Assembly: GCA_964411615.1 (NCBI GenBank)
Contig: CAYPLO010000055.1
Location: forward strand, 1-10,657
From: an uncultured Aquificales bacterium
GTDB taxonomy: Bacteria; Thermosulfidibacterota; Thermosulfidibacteria; Thermosulfidibacterales; Thermosulfidibacteraceae
DNA: 10,657 nt
Direction of reading: 5' to 3'
Below are positions 8,583 to 10,657 of the stretch, piece after piece. The notes under the pieces are model-generated. The model did no database searches. It was not told the origin of the DNA and saw nothing but the letters and a program-made list of their open reading frames with translations. The position numbers and the translations under genes were made by a program. Within the stretch, counting starts at the first letter, position 1. Each line of letters starts with the position of its first letter.

Positions 8583-9490
8583 ATGGGCACCGGAACGCCG
8601 TTGAGAAAATCCTCTAAAAGGGCCATCCTTGCCTCGGGGTCCATGGGGGTTTTGGGTATGAGCCTGTGGTAGGAGACGGGACCGAAGACCCTCTTCACAT
8701 GGTCGGGGGTGACGAAGTCTGAACCTTCAATGTAGGCCACCGCCTGAGCCGCCCTCTTCAGCCCGAGAAGCCCCCTTGTGGACAGCCCGTACCTGAACCT
8801 CTCATCCCTTCGGCTCCTCTCACCTATGTTCAGTATGTACTCAAGCACCTTCTCGGATACCCTTATACTCTTCACCTCATCCTGTATCCTGAGGAGTTCC
8901 TCCTTGGAGATAATAGGTTTGAGGGTGCGGGCCTTATGGTAGGTTCCGTCCATGGAGAGTATCTCAAGCTCCTCCCGGGCAGGGGGATAACCCACCGATA
9001 GCCTCATGAGAAATCTGTCCAGCTGGGATTCGGGCAGAGGGTATGTACCGTACAGGTCCAGTGGATTCTGGGTGGCTATCACCATGAAGGGTGAGGGCAG
9101 GGGATGGCTCTTTCCCCCTATGGACACCTGCCCTTCCGCCATGGCCTCAAGCAGTGCACTCTGGGTTCTCGGGGTTGCCCTGTTTATCTCGTCTGCCAGG
9201 AGGATGTTGGTGAATATGGGCCCCTTTTGCAGGTAGAATTTGCCGTCCTTGGGGGAGTAGACCTCCCCTCCCAGTATATCCGCAGGGAGCATGTCGCTGG
9301 TGAACTGCACCTTCCTGAAGCTGCACCCTGTGGCTTTAGCAAGGGCCATTGCGAAGGTGGTCTTACCCGTGCCCGGCAGGTCCTCTATGAGCAGGTGCCC
9401 TCCCGATATGAGGGTGGCGACAGATAGCTCAACCACCTCCTCCTTGCCCTTGAGTATCCCTTTGAGTGTATCTATGAGCCTGTCTATCAT
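8579..9490 (-). CDS. moxR: MoxR-family AAA+ ATPase, 303 aa
   Basis: Walker A HLLIEDLPGTGKT, QFTSDMLPADILG, Walker B ILLADEINR, TQSALLEAM, ATQNP, YPLPESQLDRF, STRG. The family domain begins at MIDRLIDTLK (ATG 9490). The 220 upstream codons in the ORF track are antisense to alr and the spacer. Confidence 0.93.
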   Translation of the reverse strand: MIDRLIDTLKGILKGKEEVVELSVATLISGGHLLIEDLPGTGKTTFAMALAKATGCSFRKVQFTSDMLPADILGGEVYSPKDGKFYLQKGPIFTNILLADEINRATPRTQSALLEAMAEGQVSIGGKSHPLPSPFMVIATQNPLDLYGTYPLPESQLDRFLMRLSVGYPPAREELEILSMDGTYHKARTLKPIISKEELLRIQDEVKSIRVSEKVLEYILNIGERSRRDERFRYGLSTRGLLGLKRAAQAVAYIEGSDFVTPDHVKRVFGPVSYHRLIPKTPMDPEARMALLEDFLNGVPVPI

Positions 9491-9556
9491 GTCCTGGTTA
9501 TTATTAAGCCATGGCGGTTGTGCTGGAAAGGGGTTAGCGGTTATAATGCCCTGGCC
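9491..9556. promoter_or_regulatory. Compact divergent promoter region for moxR and alr
   Basis: Plus strand: TTGTGC (9518-9523)-N18-TATAAT (9542-9547)-N9-ATG (9557). Minus strand: TTTCCA (9529-9524)-N18-AATAAT (9505-9500)-N9-ATG (9490). Confidence 0.6.
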
Positions 9557-10645
9557 ATGGGCTGGACAGAGGTTGTGATTGATACAGAGGCGTTGAGGAA
9601 CAACGCCAGGCTGGTTCGTGAGAGGGTATCCGGTAGACTCTACGCTGTGGTTAAGTCCAACGCCTACGGCCATGGCCTTGAGGTCTGCTCCCGCATATTC
9701 CTTGAGGAGGGGATTGATGCCCTTGCCGTCTTCTCCCCCAAGGAGGCGGTTCCTCTGAGGAAATCCGGTATTGATGCAGAGATACTCCTTCTGGGCGGTT
9801 TTCTTCCCGGCGAGGAGAGGATGGTCTTTGACCTCAATCTGGTTCCTGTGGTGGGGGACTGGTGGATGCTGGAGGCCTTGGAGAGGGAGGGGGAGCTCAG
9901 GGGCAGGTCTGTGGTTGTTCATGTGAATGTGGATACGGGTATGGGTAGGCTGGGGTTTGTGCCGGAGTGCTGGGATAGGCTGAAGAGGAGACTCTCCTCC
10001 CTCAGGTACGTCAGGTGTGAGGGGGTTATGAGCCACTTTCCTGTGGCGGATGAGGAGGGGGAGGACAACAGGGCCTTTACCCTGAGGCAGGTGGAGTCCT
10101 TTAAGGAGGCTGTCAGCCTCTTCTCCGACCTCGGTGTTTCCGTCTTCCATATCTCAAACTCCGCCGGTGTCTTCTTCTACCCTGAGGCCGCCTTCGGTGG
10201 GGCGAGGGTGGGGATAGCCCTGTACGGCGGCCTTGAGGTTGAGGGGTTGAGGCAGGCCATGAGTGTGAGAACGAAGCTGCTGAGCACAAAGACCGTGCCC
10301 GAGGGCTGGAGTATAAGCTACGGAAGGACCTACGTGGCCCCGTCTGAAAAGAGAGTAGGCGTGATACCCTGCGGTTACGCCACAGGGTATCTCAGGAGCC
10401 TGTCAAACAGGGCGGAGGTGCTCATCAACGGTAAGAGGTGCAGGGTTCTCGGAAGGGTATGTATGGACCTTACCGTGGTGGACCTTGACGGTGTGGAGGC
10501 CTCTGAGGGGGACTGGGTCTACCTGCTGGGTGGTGAAGGGGAGGGAGCCGTCAGCGTCTTTGAGTGTGCCAGGTGGATGGGCACCATAACCTACGAGGTC
10601 TTCTGCCTCTTCTCCATGGGCGCCTCATCCGTTATCTACACTTAG
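9557..10645 (+). CDS. alr: Alanine racemase, 362 aa
   Basis: PLP-lysine motif AVVKSNAYGHG, HVNVDTGMGRLG, MSHFPVAD, HISNSAG, RVGIALYG, catalytic Tyr in ISYGRTY, GRVCMD, TITYE. ATG 9557 (MGWTEVVID...) fits the usual family N-terminus better than TTG 9518. Confidence 0.96.
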   Translation: MGWTEVVIDTEALRNNARLVRERVSGRLYAVVKSNAYGHGLEVCSRIFLEEGIDALAVFSPKEAVPLRKSGIDAEILLLGGFLPGEERMVFDLNLVPVVGDWWMLEALEREGELRGRSVVVHVNVDTGMGRLGFVPECWDRLKRRLSSLRYVRCEGVMSHFPVADEEGEDNRAFTLRQVESFKEAVSLFSDLGVSVFHISNSAGVFFYPEAAFGGARVGIALYGGLEVEGLRQAMSVRTKLLSTKTVPEGWSISYGRTYVAPSEKRVGVIPCGYATGYLRSLSNRAEVLINGKRCRVLGRVCMDLTVVDLDGVEASEGDWVYLLGGEGEGAVSVFECARWMGTITYEVFCLFSMGASSVIYT

Positions 10646-10657
10646 GTTGCCTTTTGG

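Noticed and set aside
7771..8604. 277-aa plus-strand ORF opposite DUF58
   Set aside because: Ser/Pro/Leu/Thr-rich mirror of the sense codons with no motifs; expected antisense shadow.
9518..9556. Longer alr start at TTG 9518
   Set aside because: Would run through the TATAAT box and has no SD; the family N-terminus fits ATG 9557.
9508..9560. GCCATGG repeated twice (GCCATGGC palindrome at 9508-9515; second copy over the alr ATG)
   Set aside because: Too short to distinguish from chance; the same heptamer occurs inside coding regions of this window.
147..9578. Remaining short overlapping ORFs (60-192 aa) in the track
   Set aside because: All lie within or antisense to well-supported genes, with shadow-like composition and no family motifs.
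9491..10150. 220-aa N-terminal extension of MoxR in the ORF track (523 aa)
   Set aside because: Antisense shadow of alr; His/Pro/Gln-rich with no recognisable domain. The MoxR fold starts at ATG 9490.
1..10657. CRISPR array, tRNA/rRNA, IS ends, tandem repeats
   Set aside because: Nearly all of the window is coding, gaps are at most 66 bp, and I saw no periodic repeats, cloverleaf or transposase/integrase motifs by eye.

Overview
Gene-dense bacterial (diderm) chromosomal window with no mobile element, CRISPR array or RNA gene that I can see. Minus strand, in transcription order: MoxR AAA+ ATPase (9490->8579), DUF58 membrane protein, TgpA-like membrane transglutaminase, then a tripartite RND system (TolC-family outer membrane factor, lipoprotein adaptor, AcrB-family permease). 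After these comes the first 16 codons of an AAA-ATPase-like/PD-(D/E)XK family gene that the ORF track missed. Plus strand: alanine racemase (alr), divergent from moxR. The proteins belong to known families, and the most notable signals are in the short intergenic DNA. (i) A 66-bp moxR/alr spacer is dyad-symmetric, with a -10-like box 9 nt before each ATG and no usable Shine-Dalgarno. (ii) A third apparently leaderless promoter (TTGCAC-N17-TATCAT-N6-ATG) lies at the left edge. (iii) A perfect TTGACA plus an ATTAGA-N4-TCTAAT operator-like palindrome sits in front of the RND operon. All family assignments come from motif recognition, not database searches.
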